From assembly GCA_013239625.1 (NCBI GenBank), contig MU054323.1, positions 5,073,220-5,137,219 on the forward strand: 64,000 nt of DNA. Reading direction: 5' to 3'. The translations under genes and the position numbers were made by a program. The notes below the pieces were generated by a model. It did no database searches. It saw nothing but the letters and a program-made list of their open reading frames with translations, and was not told where the DNA came from. This DNA comes from Lama guanicoe. Lineage: Eukaryota. Positions 52,755 through 64,000 of this stretch are shown in pieces. Position 1 is the first letter of the stretch, and the number at the start of each line of letters is the position of its first letter.

Positions 52755-53400
52755 AATTCATTCATTTAGGAACATTCAGTGAATGCTTACCACGTGCCAG
52801 GCTCTTACCACCAGCAAGATGCTGGTGACACTAAAATTAAAGACAGAGTGCTTGCCCTCAAGATCGTATCACCCTTTGGGAAGAGAGCCAAGTAAACAAA
52901 TAATCAGAATACGGTAAAGAGAGATGGCTAGTTAACTGAATCCCTGAATGGGCGGTCGACTTATGTAGCTTTCCCCCTCTGCCATCCGTCCCAGGCCCCT
53001 TTCTTGATACTGATCTCTCCAAGATCACTAGGACCACTCAACCTTCCTTCCTGAGGGCCAGTTTAATCCTTATCACACCCGTTCTCCAGTAGCATTTGTC
53101 ACTTTGTGTCACCCACTGATTTTCTGAACCATCTCTTTTCTTTGTTTCCAAGACTGTGCAATATCTTGATTTTTCTCCTTACTACCTGAAAATTCCGTAT
53201 ACATTTTCTTGAGTAGTCCTTTCCGTTGTTTGATCTGCAAATGTGAGGGCTACACAGAAATGAATTCAATTCTTTCTATATGTGCTTTCCTTCCACAACT
53301 TCATCCCTCAGGCTCTCAAACAAAACAAAGTCTCCAAATCTCCCATAATATAATCCATTGTCAATTCTGTTCATTAGATTCTGGAAATGCTTCCAAGTTT
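52755..53400. mobile_element. L2 fragments (antisense tail, then sense body)
   Basis: 'attcattcatttaggaacattcagtgaatgcttaccacgtgccaggc...cttgccctcaag' followed by 'tctctccaagatcactaggacc...cagtagcatttgtcact'. Confidence 0.6.
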
Positions 53401-54502
53401 CCATTCAAGATGGTAAACAGAGCCCATATATTTGAGTGCACCATGCGAAATTTTCATTTATATTTACACTGTTACATAAAAGTATGTATATTTTAGAAAA
53501 CTGTATCAGTGTGACCAAACAGGGAAGGATGCCATTCACATACTGAATATTGTGAGAACATTTTTCCAAGATATAATATAGACTTGAGTTACTAGATAGA
53601 AACTTTCTTTCTACCCTAAGATTCAGTAAATGTAAGGCAATGCCCCCAATTCTTTGAAACACAGGGCAGGTATCAGAGGGATGGAGACAGCCTAGACAAT
53701 CATCAAGGGACCCCGAATCTCACAGTGTGAATGACTTCAGGACAGACATCACGGAAATCTCTGAAGTCACCAGGCTCGGACTATCACTCTAGAATGCTTT
53801 GGCAGCCACACAAAAAACATCAAATAAAACAGGGAAATTTCCTCAGCAAGATATTGACAATGACCTGGCTGCTCCGTGCTGTTCTCTGCACTTTTATTTT
53901 GCCAGGTAAGGATACCGATTTTAAGTGGCGGGCAGGAAAGGGACTTTTGCTATATGCATTTTGTTAAGCCAGAAAGTTTCACTCTTCTGACATGAGCTTG
54001 TTTCTCTGTGTCTGCTTGACATTTATGTCCCTTGTAGCAGCTCAGTCTTAGTAGAGATCGCTCCCCGTTTACCAGGTGGTGCAAATGTCCAAGTCGCGAG
54101 GCGGTTGCAAAGCCTCCTCCTTCCCAGGCATGCAACTAGAGTAGCTCTGTGCATCTCTGTCCACAACACACACCAATTCCATTTCTAAAAAGTAAAATTT
54201 GCCCCCATTGTCTCCAGCCCCTCTCCTCCGGCTCCTGCTGCTTGCTCCTGACAGTGCCCCGCCTGACTGATTAGCATACGTTTGCATCAAGATAGCCAGA
54301 GAGAAGTTACGGTAAAAAACTTGCTACTTGCAAAACAGTTGGATGTCCCCACTCAAGTTGGCTGTGACACACTGAAGTTAGCTGGGCTACTCCAGCCTTT
54401 CTCTCATGGACATGACTTTGCTCAGTAACAAATCCTCTTCAGCAATGCCCTAGCTTAAAGCGCATGTGTCCCCCACCAAGTACAGTAAGGGAGAACCCAC
54501 GG

Positions 54503-54930
54503 TGTATCAAATTATTGCCATAACACTTCTGTGTGACAAGAAACCTCAAGATTTTGATAGGTTACAATAGCAAGCACTTACTTTTCTCACTTTTGCGGGT
54601 TAGCTATGGCTTTGCTGGGATAGGGTGGGCATGACTGCAAGTCAGTTTCGTATTATTCCATACATCTTCTCTTTCTAGAAGGTAGATACCTTAGGTTTGT
54701 GCTGTCCAGGGTGAATCACAGGACCACATGACGGCGAGCCAAAGCAAAGGACACGTCTTCAGGTCCAAGCTGCAACTGGTACACCATCACCACCAAATAC
54801 ATTCCATTGGCCACAAGCCCTATGGTTAAGCCCACCGAGGTTGAGGTGGGATCCCAAATAAATAAGAATAAAGGTGACAAGAAAGGATAGGTAATGATTG
54901 AGGTGGCTGGGATATAATTCTAACCTTATG
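54503..54930 (-). mobile_element. Old MLT1 (J/K-like) solo LTR
   Basis: 'tgtatcaaattattgccataacacttctgtgtgacaagaaacctcaag...caagcacttacttttctcac...cattccattggccacaagccc'. Confidence 0.65.
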
Positions 54931-57320
54931 ACTTATTAGAAGAATATGACAGATGTCTGTATGAGCTGTGGTTGGCCATATGTGATAAACTTGTTTTTTG
55001 TTCCAAAATGTTCCCTTTGTCTTAGTTCTAAGCCTTTGTATTGTGGCTTCACAATGACTGGATCCTAGGTTTATCAATCCAGCCTTCAATTTGATACTGT
55101 CAACCTGACATTTTGTACATGTTCTTCCTTTTCTTATCTATGCAGATACAAATTTCTCCAATGTACGTGTGTGTGTATACATAGACATATATACATATAT
55201 CCACATTCACATTTGCATATATACACATATGTATATTATATATATATATATTCATGTAAATGTGAATTTGAGACATAATGGAATTAAATTAAATGCATAG
55301 GGCTCAAATCATCATCTTGAACCAGAAGCCTAATATGGGTGGTTTTACCATATTTGTTGCAGGGTATTTCTCCCAAAAGGACTTCTTGTATCCTAAGTAT
55401 ATTGCTCCAGGAATAGTCTATGTGCTCAAAAAATGTTCAGATTATTAATTAATCACATTCATGGTTTGGTTCTTCTCTGTCCAAACAGTTTAGGATGATA
55501 AAAACTTAACTCTTGTCCTGCAGTCCCGCATCTCTTCATCTCCACCCACTCTCTCTCTGACTCAGCAGCCTGATCTTGCCTGGCTCTCCCTGTACATTCC
55601 CCCACTTCTTTAATGCATCCTTTGAGGTGGGGTGAAATTTGGGCCTAATGACTCAGGTGCAAATGAACCATCATCTGCCAACAAGGCGGAAGGCTTCCTG
55701 TGAGTTTTCATCACAGGCAGAGCACAGAGAAAATTAACTTCAGTGGACAGTGGTTCTGCCTTTTCTGCCATCGCTGAGGTTTTGAAAACCACTCCACCTC
55801 TCTGGTCCTCAGTTTTCTCCAAAAAAAAGGTGAAGCAATTTTCTAAAAAGCTGTCTTCTCTTCCTCCCTTATCCTGCTGCATCAAATGGAATGATGTTGG
55901 AAAATACGTTTTAAAAAAAAAAGTTATACAAATATAATACAAATATACTCTGTGGTTTTTGAAAGAGAAATGTAATACATTCAAGAACTATTGTTTTGAA
56001 AGTAAATATGACGTGTATTTCTCAGGGCAACGAGAGAAGAAGAGAAGGAAAAGCATGGAGGTGCTATTTTTGTTTGTTCCACCTCGATGAAATGGCTTTA
56101 AACACAGTATACACAGCATACAACTGCAGACAAGGTACAGCTCCCCAGGATAGAAAATGCTCCCCCATCTGATCTCAGCTACCACCCACATCAAAAAATC
56201 CAGAATGGAAGCAGGCAAAGGGAGGAAGGGAAGCAGCAGCCACAAAAAGGCATTTGTCTGGGACTGAGATTTCCGAATCTGTCAGCCTCACTCAACCTTC
56301 AGCCTGACAGCTGATGTATTTTGACAGGGAAGACAGTTTACCCTGATTAAAAGGATCCATTTATGTAGGGAGGTTTGGGGGAGCAGCACAGAGAGAGAAA
56401 GACCAATAGCCAGGGCTTCCACCGTGTGTAATTCTGACTTGATGCTCCATCTGACTCCATGTAAGACAGGGCATTTCTTTCAATGGCATCTGTATTCCAG
56501 GGCCAGGGGGAAAAAAATCCCTTCCAAGACTAAACTTCACACTGAGAAGCCAATTTCTCATAACAATAGCAAATAATGAGTCTTCTTGAAATCTCTTTTC
56601 CAATCAAAAGACAGGGATTGTCAGAACAGATATCACTGTATTAAGGCCAGACTAAAAGCCCAGTCAGGACTTCTTCTGTGCTACGGATAAAACCACTAAT
56701 AAAAGCAGTTCTAAGAAATTTCTGTGAGAGTTTCAGAAAGAACACTAATTAACCCAGACAGAGAATCTTCCAAAGATGTATTCCTTCTGTTGAAGAATAC
56801 CCTGTATTGGCATTTTTGTGAATCATTCTTGACATTTTGCCAGTTCTGCTGTCAACTTTCAAGGAATACAGAAATACTCAGTGGATTTTTAAAAGCAAAA
56901 TCTATAAAGCAAAGCCTGACTACAAAACTACTGGCTAGCTTAAAAACAAAACAAAACACACAGACGATCATTAAAAAAACAAAACTTCTAGGAAAGCCTC
57001 CTGTGGTGAAACTGCTTCATACAGCAGAACTATGTCTGGAAGGGCCAACTCGGATTAAATTAGAGTGGCCCTCAGGTTGTAGGCTGTAAGTATGGTGAGT
57101 TATTGAGTGATGTGTATGCAGAAGTGAGCAAACAATCATTCATACGCTCACACATCCATTCAATAAATGCTTATTCAGTCCCTACTGTGTGTCAGCCACT
57201 ACGGATAAACTATTAAGAGAGCTTCTGTTACTGTTTCATAAAATACTAGTAATTGTTCTAAAAAATGTAGTTTATAAATATTTAAATGTTTGTTATGCTT
57301 TTATAACTGAATTCTTCTTC

Positions 57321-58400
57321 TTTTTTTTTAAATAGACTGTTTTTTAGAGCAGTTTAAAGTTCACAGCAAAATTGAACAGAAGGTCCAGAGATTTCCCATT
57401 TAGCCCAGGTCCCCTTCCCATTACCAACATTCCCCACGAGAGTGGTACATTTGTTTGAACTGATGAACCTATATGGACATCATTATCACCCAGAGTCCAC
57501 AGTTCACATTAGGGTTTATGCTTGGTGTTGTACATTCTGTGGGTTTGGCCAAACGTATTATGACATGTATCCACCATATAATATCATACACAATATTTCA
57601 ATATTTTCATTGTTCTAAAAATCCTCTGGGCTCTGCCTATTCATCCCCCGCCAAGCCGGGGCAACCACTGATCTTTCTATTGTCTCCATGGTTTGGCCTT
57701 TTCCAGAGCATCAGATGGTTGGCATTATACAGTATGTAGCCTTGTCAGACTGGCTTCTTTTACTTGGTAATACGCAATTACATTTCCTCTATGTCTTTTC
57801 CTGGATTAATAACTCATTTCTTTTTAGTGCTGAATAATATTCCATTGGCTGGATCTACCACTGTTTCATTATTCATTCACCTGCTTAAGAGCATCTTGGT
57901 TTCTTACAACTTCTGACAGTTATGAGCAAAACTGCCATAAACTTTCATGTACAGGTTTCTGTATGGGTACAAGTTTTCAACTCCTTTGGGCAACAGCAGG
58001 TAGCTCAATTTCTGGATCCTAAGATAAGAGTACATTTAGTTTGAAAAAAATCCCCAAACTGTCTTCCAGAGTGACTGTACCATCTTGCAGTCTGGCCAGC
58101 AATGAATAGAGGTTCCTGTTGCTCCACATGCTTGTCAGTGCTCTGGATTTTGGCATTCTAATAGGTGTGCAGTGGTGTCTTTTTAATTTGTGTTTCCCTG
58201 GTGACATATAATGTGGAGAACTTTTCCACAGGCTTTTCTGCCATTTGTGTATCTTCTTTGGTGAAGTGTCTTTTAAGGTTTTTAGCCCATTTATCGGGTT
58301 TGTTTCTGTTCTATTGTTGAGCTTTAAAAATTCTTTGTATACTTTGGATAATGGTCCTTTATCATCAGGTGTGTCTTTTGCAAATATTTTCTCCCAGTCT
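57321..58400 (-). mobile_element. L1MC1/2-like 3' portion
   Basis: Diagnostic 3'UTR 'ttttagagcagtttaaagttcacagcaaaattgaacagaagg...gagtggtacatttgtt...catcattatcacccagagtcc'. The ORF at 58019-58477(-) gives the L1 ORF2 remnant WEKIFAKDTPDDKGPLSKVYKEFLKLN. Confidence 0.92.
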
Positions 58401-58428
58401 ATATATATATATAATAGTATGTGCAAGT

Positions 58429-58472
<44 letters not shown>

Positions 58473-58477
58473 TACAT
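58399..58477. repeat. (TA)n/(CA)n microsatellite cluster
   Basis: Directly visible at the truncated end of the L1. Confidence 0.9.
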
Positions 58478-60589
58478 AAAATAAAAATAAAAGTAGACTG
58501 TTAACTATGAAAGTGTAAGTGAACTGTCTATTCACTAGTCCCAATTTGACCCAGTCCCACCTACCACTTTCTGTGGAAACTCTATTTAAGAGCGTTACCC
58601 TCAAATAGTGTCACCCAGAATTTGCTAATGGCTTTCAAAACTGACATGACTGAAATCACATCTCCACATTTGTACCCTTTCTCTTTATTCACATGATCCT
58701 TACTCTGGAAAACAGCCTTCCTGTCTTCCTCACTCTATCCTTCAACAGGATTGCAAAATAAGATAAGATACAAGTTTCTTTTTTTAAAAAAAAGTCCCAT
58801 CTATAAACAACTACAATCAAGACATAAGTGTCTTCTGGACCATCAGAATATCAGTAAGAGACACCTTTTGACTAAGCACTCAAGAGATAAGCAGAATGGA
58901 GGACATGGTGTATTTCTTTGCAGCTTGGAGAATGGGGTCTTTGAGAAGCTCCTACACAAACCAGGGGCAGAAGATTTGGGCAGTAAAGTACATCCTTGCT
59001 CAACCAGTGGCAGATGGACTAGAGAAGCTGATCCAGGGGTTCTGGTGCCTTAGACTTGATCTTCATATTCTGATTACATTTGTTTTTGCGAACCAGACAA
59101 AAAACAAACAAACAATAAACAGCCCAATACTCACCTACCACATGCTACAAAATGGGCATGAATTTATAAGCGAAAGCAGGATGCTTATTTCAAATCTGTT
59201 TGTATACCATCTGGAACCCACAGAGGGCAGGGACCCGGGTGAAGACAACACTAACGGTAACGATGCCCCCACAAAACCCTGTGAGGTGGCGGCCGTGGAG
59301 CCCAACTCTTCCCTGGGCAGAACTGCCTCCTGGGGAACCTGCATCAGTCTGACGGGGGTGCCCCGCCCCCGCCCTTGCTGTCTGACAGCATGAGGGAATA
59401 CGGACTTCAGCAAGGTGGGGGATCCTCTGTCCACCTCACTGCTCAGGCGCTCAGCCCCGTGGTCATCCCCCTAAACTTTCATAGACCATTGCTAGAGAAA
59501 AATAGCTCCCGGGCAGAGTCTGCCAGCAGGAGGTTTGGCTGAGGGAAAGACATAAAAAGTTCTCTTCGAGTATCATATTTCTTTCTCTGCCTCAGTAATA
59601 GCAAGAAGAGTACTGAAAATGACTGGCTGAGTAAATTGTTTTTCGAATAAATGCGTTCTTGCCCATTGCTCTCATCCTCCTCCTCCTTGGTGCTCCCTGG
59701 CTCCCTCCCTCCCTCTCTCCCGCCTCCTCCCATCCCTCTGCAAGCCTGAACGCCCCTCTCTTCTCTCTCTCAGGTAAGACGCATCTAGCAGCAAAGCTCT
59801 GGCACAAACTGTAGTTGTATATAATTCTTCCTTTAACACATCAGGATGTAGCCTCCAGCTTTCCAGGTCAAGGGGTAGATGTGGTTGAGATGGAAACAAT
59901 CTTCATCTTCAGATTCACACATCCGAGCCAGCATGCAGGGGTCACTGGCTCGTCACCGACTAGACAACGTGGTCTAGCTCCTGAGGCTTTTCCACAAATA
60001 TTAGCTTGAAGCCCCTTGGCTGCTGCAATGTGACCCCATACTGAAGAGAGGGTTCAATTTTCAGGCTAGGTACATTCTAGAAGGATGAAGCCGTTAGCTT
60101 TGTTGCCACGAGATGCTTTGTGTCTGTGCATTCAAGCCACCTCCGGGCGCTCTCCCACTTCCAGCCTGGGTTCTGCTCTGGGAAAGCTGTCTCTGGACAT
60201 TGACAAACACCTTGCTAATCAGCCACACAGACCCTGTAACCCAGCCTTCTCCGAGCTTGGCTCCAGCTGGGGTCGAAATTACCCCGAGACAGACCATTAT
60301 CTGGGAGCTACGGCTGTGAATTTTCTTTCCACTAGGGGACCCATATAACTTCCAAAGCAGGGTGTCTGCCAAATTAATAAAAGCAGAAAACCAATGACAG
60401 AGGGTAGCGTTAGACGTGTCCCCACTCTCTCTCCATCCACATGCACTAATGTTCCTTAACAAACAGCTGCCAGTTGACTCAAGACCTCAGGACCTACCTC
60501 ATCTGAGATCCAGCCTTTAGGTGCCTGTTGCCCGATATGACTGAAATACATTGAACCTAACTTTCTGTGCTATTATTCTGGTTCCTAGT

Positions 60590-60750
60590 GCCTGCAGCTC
60601 AGCTTACACATATCTATGTGGTTTGTTACTCCAGCCAAATTACAAGCTAACCGTGGCACAGAATGTATGCAAATTTTTCCTATCATCCCCAGTATTCAGA
60701 GCACTACCTTTTTAGGCATCAATAAATGTTTGCTAATTAACTGATAGATT
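60590..60750 (+). mobile_element. L2 3' end
   Basis: 'atccccagtattcagagcactaccttttaggcatcaataaatgtttgctaatt'. Confidence 0.55.
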
Positions 60751-61619
60751 TATGAAATGACTATAACTGAGAAGAATAACAATTATGATGATAAAAAAAT
60801 CCTTTCAAGAACATTTATAAATTGCCAGGAACTTTAATACACATTACACATTTAATAATTTAATTTTTAAAAAATCACTTTTGAAAGAGAAGTCACACAT
60901 TCTCTACACAGAATAAAACTAAATTGTAGAGAAAAGAAATAAAGAAATTGTCTCCAGGCCATGCATATAAGAGGTAGAAAAATTATTTTCCTGCCTCCTA
61001 ATCTCCAGAATGTTGGTTGAAGTGGAATTTTGGAAGGCATCATTAACAAGATTTTTCGGTGCTCAGTAGGGAAGATTGAATTTTCCCAAGAAAATTGGTC
61101 TCTCCTTTCATGATCTCATCCCGAAAGTTTTATATGTATACGTACAAGCAATCAGGATTTGCAAGGTGCTTTTCAAGGAGCTCATAGATTTTTAGTAAAA
61201 GTCATTTATATATCACAGAATGCCCAAGTGAGAAGGACTGTAAAAGAGAATCTAATCCAACTCAACTTGTTTACCTTCAGCATGCATCTGATGTCTGTAA
61301 AATCCTGTAGGCAAAAGTGCTTTACAACTTGAGTGGATGACACACTTCAAACACTCCTGGGCAAAAAAGATGCCGTTTGGAAGAATGAGTTGAATTCTGC
61401 TCTAAACTCTGCTATATGCATGCCTCCCAGTACATAAGCTATGTCTACTAATACTCAATTGTTGGCCTCGTTTTTAGAATGTAACTTTCAGGATCACCTT
61501 GTTGGTGAGCTTGGTGTCTCCCAGTGTTATCCAGGTCATATCTAGTCTCGCCCATTGACCACAGTCTGGCAAGTAGCTTCATGATCTAGTGTACTCCTCA
61601 TTTCCAATGTGGTTCAGTT

Positions 61620-61730
61620 ATGTGTGTTTCTGAAACTTGGCAAGATGAGAGATTTGTTCATAAGTTTAACAAGAAGTGGGACTCAAACTGGATCCTCAAT
61701 CCAGAAGTCATATTTTCTTTCTGCTGCACC
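61620..61730 (-). mobile_element. MIR fragment
   Basis: 'gaagtgggactcaaactggatcctcaatccagaagtcatattttctttctgctgcacca'. Confidence 0.55.
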
Positions 61731-62729
61731 ATGCAATAAAGTGAAAGTTTCACCTTTTAATACTGAATTAAACACACAATCAGAGGAGATGTGGATGTCT
61801 GGGATGAGGACACAGCAAAACATGAGCTACTTCAGGTTATCAGATAACAAAATGTAATCATAATTTACTTGACGAGAATAAATTAAACACCAGCGGTTTG
61901 ACATAGTTTTCTACCTGGATTTAATTATTCCCAAGACCTATAAAGGATTATGACTCCATCATTTGGGGGGTCTTAACCTGAGAATAGAGGAACAAAAAGT
62001 TCTCCAGGGAAGCAGAAGAAATTAGCTTGACTATAATTAGTGTTTTAAAAAATCAAAAACAAAACAAAAAGCAAATGAACAAAACAAAACATAAAAGCAA
62101 ATCAAGAAAATCCTTGGGCTGGAGCCCATTATATGAAGTCAGCTCAAACTTCCATCGTTACCAAAATATAAGAGTGGAAGGCTCCCCCATACAGATCTTT
62201 TAATACTTGTTACTTGCTCTCCTTCAAGGCTGCTCTAACAGCCACATAACATTTTTCCCCTGTGAGTGATCAGAAGATCCACGGCCACTTCTCCTGAAAA
62301 TTAGAGGCACAGTGTCCTCAAGCCTCCTTGGTGGCTGGGGGATCCACGCCCCCAAACCACAATTCCACCTGTTTGCTCACATATTGATCCCTAAACCAAA
62401 TTCAAGTGTCCTTGAGTAACAAAAGGTTCTTTACGTTGTCAGTATAAATACAGTTTTTCATACATATGCTAACATCCTTTCTTTACACAGCCACTGTTTC
62501 TCTTTGATTTGTGATATCTATCCAGTGCCTATAGATTTTGAATGAATGAACACAGTTTGAGCTGCTTACTGTGAAAGGGAAACAAACGGGAAACCAAGAC
62601 CAGATGGGAGAAGAACCTTCGATTCAACGATTAAAGAGTGTGTAATGATGACAGGATTCAAAAGAAGACGTTTAGCATACAGGTTTAGAGTTTAAAATGA
62701 TAGTGATCACATGAATAGGAACTCATCAT

Positions 62730-64000
62730 CCAGGTTAAAGAATAGTACAGTATTTTAGTAATGGTAACGGTACTTTAGAAGAATCCTATGTGTCCTTCCT
62801 AACTATGTCTCTCTCTCTCCCAGATGTAACCATTATCCTAACTTTGTATTATTTAATACAGTTTTAGCATGCATAAACATATTCCTAAAGTATATATTAT
62901 TTATTTTTATCTACTTCTGAATTTTTTAACTTTACATAAATATATATTATACTGTATGTACTTTTATGTAATTAGCTATTTAAAACATTTTTACTCAATT
63001 GTATGTTTGTTGGGTTCATCTGTATGTAGTATCTGTAATTTATATACCACAAATTGTTTGCTGATTTTATGGCTGATAAACATTTGAACTTATTTAAAAT
63101 TTTTTTTTTGCAATTATGAAAATACTATGCTATGTGAAGTTTTATAAATATGTACTTGTTTAGGTAAATGTATATGTATATAACATAGAGATATGTACCA
63201 TATCTTCTGGTGTATATATGAAATTCTCTATGGCGTGTATCATGAGGTAGAATTCTTGAAATGTAGAGTATGTGCATTTACAAAAAAATGAAAATGAAAA
63301 TCGCCCTCAAAAGTGGACCAATTTACTCTCCTATAAGCAGTGTATGACAGTCCCCACTGCATACAGCCTACTGACATTTATTTTAAAGTTTTATAAATCT
63401 GGTAGATCTGAAAGGGTACCTCAGTGTGATTTTAAGTTATAGTTTCCAGATTACTAATAAAATGGAGCAGCTTTTCACAGGTTTAAATGGCCTTTGGAAT
63501 TCCCCGCCCTGGTAGTTATTTTACATTCGGGTGCTTACAGTTCTTCCTTATTCATTTATACAAATTATTATTTGACACTCATCTTTCATTCATTGAAAAT
63601 ATTTCCTAGAGTGTGTGGCTTGTATTTTTAACCTCTATATGAAACATATTAATTGTTTTCTTATTGTATCATGTTTTAAAAACTCATTCCATACACAAAG
63701 TCATACAGATATTTTCTTCTAAAAGTTTTAAAGATTTTCCTTTCACACTTTAGTCTTTAATTCAGTTGGCATTAATTAGTCTGTGATGTTGAGATGTGAA
63801 AGAGACATGCATTTTTTATTTTCCATATACAAAGTCATTTCTCTCTCAATTTTCGTTTTCTCTTTAGTGCATAGCAGCCCTGCTCACCCCAATGCAGTGA
63901 GCAAAGAGTTTTCAATGCTACCTTTTCCCGTGTCAAGAGTCAACATACATATAGATCTGTTTCTGGGAATTCTATTCTGCTTTATTTGCCTATCCAGTTC
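62730..64000 (-). mobile_element. Old L1 (L1ME3/4-like), running off the window end
   Basis: 'cagatgtaaccattatcctaactttgt...accaatttactctcctataagcagtgtatga...ttccagattactaataaaatggagcagcttttc...tctgtttctgggaattctattctg'. Confidence 0.85.

Noticed and set aside
171..63087. All ORFs in the supplied track as protein-coding genes (longest 40329-40889, 186 aa; 58896-59393, 165 aa)
   Set aside because: They are short, overlap on both strands and show no recognisable domains. Several are translations of L1/MLT remnants or microsatellites, consistent with random background.
1..64000. CRISPR arrays, operons or other prokaryotic systems; enrichment of RBFOX TGCATG motifs
   Set aside because: The sequence is mammalian with no repeat-spacer periodicity seen, and the TGCATG count is near chance expectation.

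Overview
This is non-coding mammalian genomic DNA: AT-rich, CpG-depleted and dense in old repeats, so either a large intron or intergenic sequence. A tRNA-derived SINE of the camelid Vic-1 type (48121-48242) and a cetartiodactyl-style L1 3' end (21072-21955) suggest a camelid (alpaca/llama/camel). I saw no Alu, Bov-tA/BovB, PRE1 or SINEC. I recognised no protein-coding exon, RNA gene or CpG island. The ORF track looks like background plus decayed L1 ORF2 peptides. Repeats were called by eye from recalled consensus sequences (L1, L2, MIR, MLT1, LTR33, MER2, MER104), so subfamilies and edges are approximate. The most unusual signal is a perfect 33-bp inverted duplication (22979-23011 / 24748-24780, 1.74 kb apart). 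Its left copy sits in a quasi-palindrome with a TA duplication, which fits a young templated insertion or an inversion breakpoint. Also notable are two strong polypyrimidine-CAG|GTAAG sites that could be recursive splice sites (53905/6, 59773/4), a SINE plus L1 3' end inside one target-site duplication, and a few transcription-factor motif clusters. I found no evidence of a new protein-coding system.
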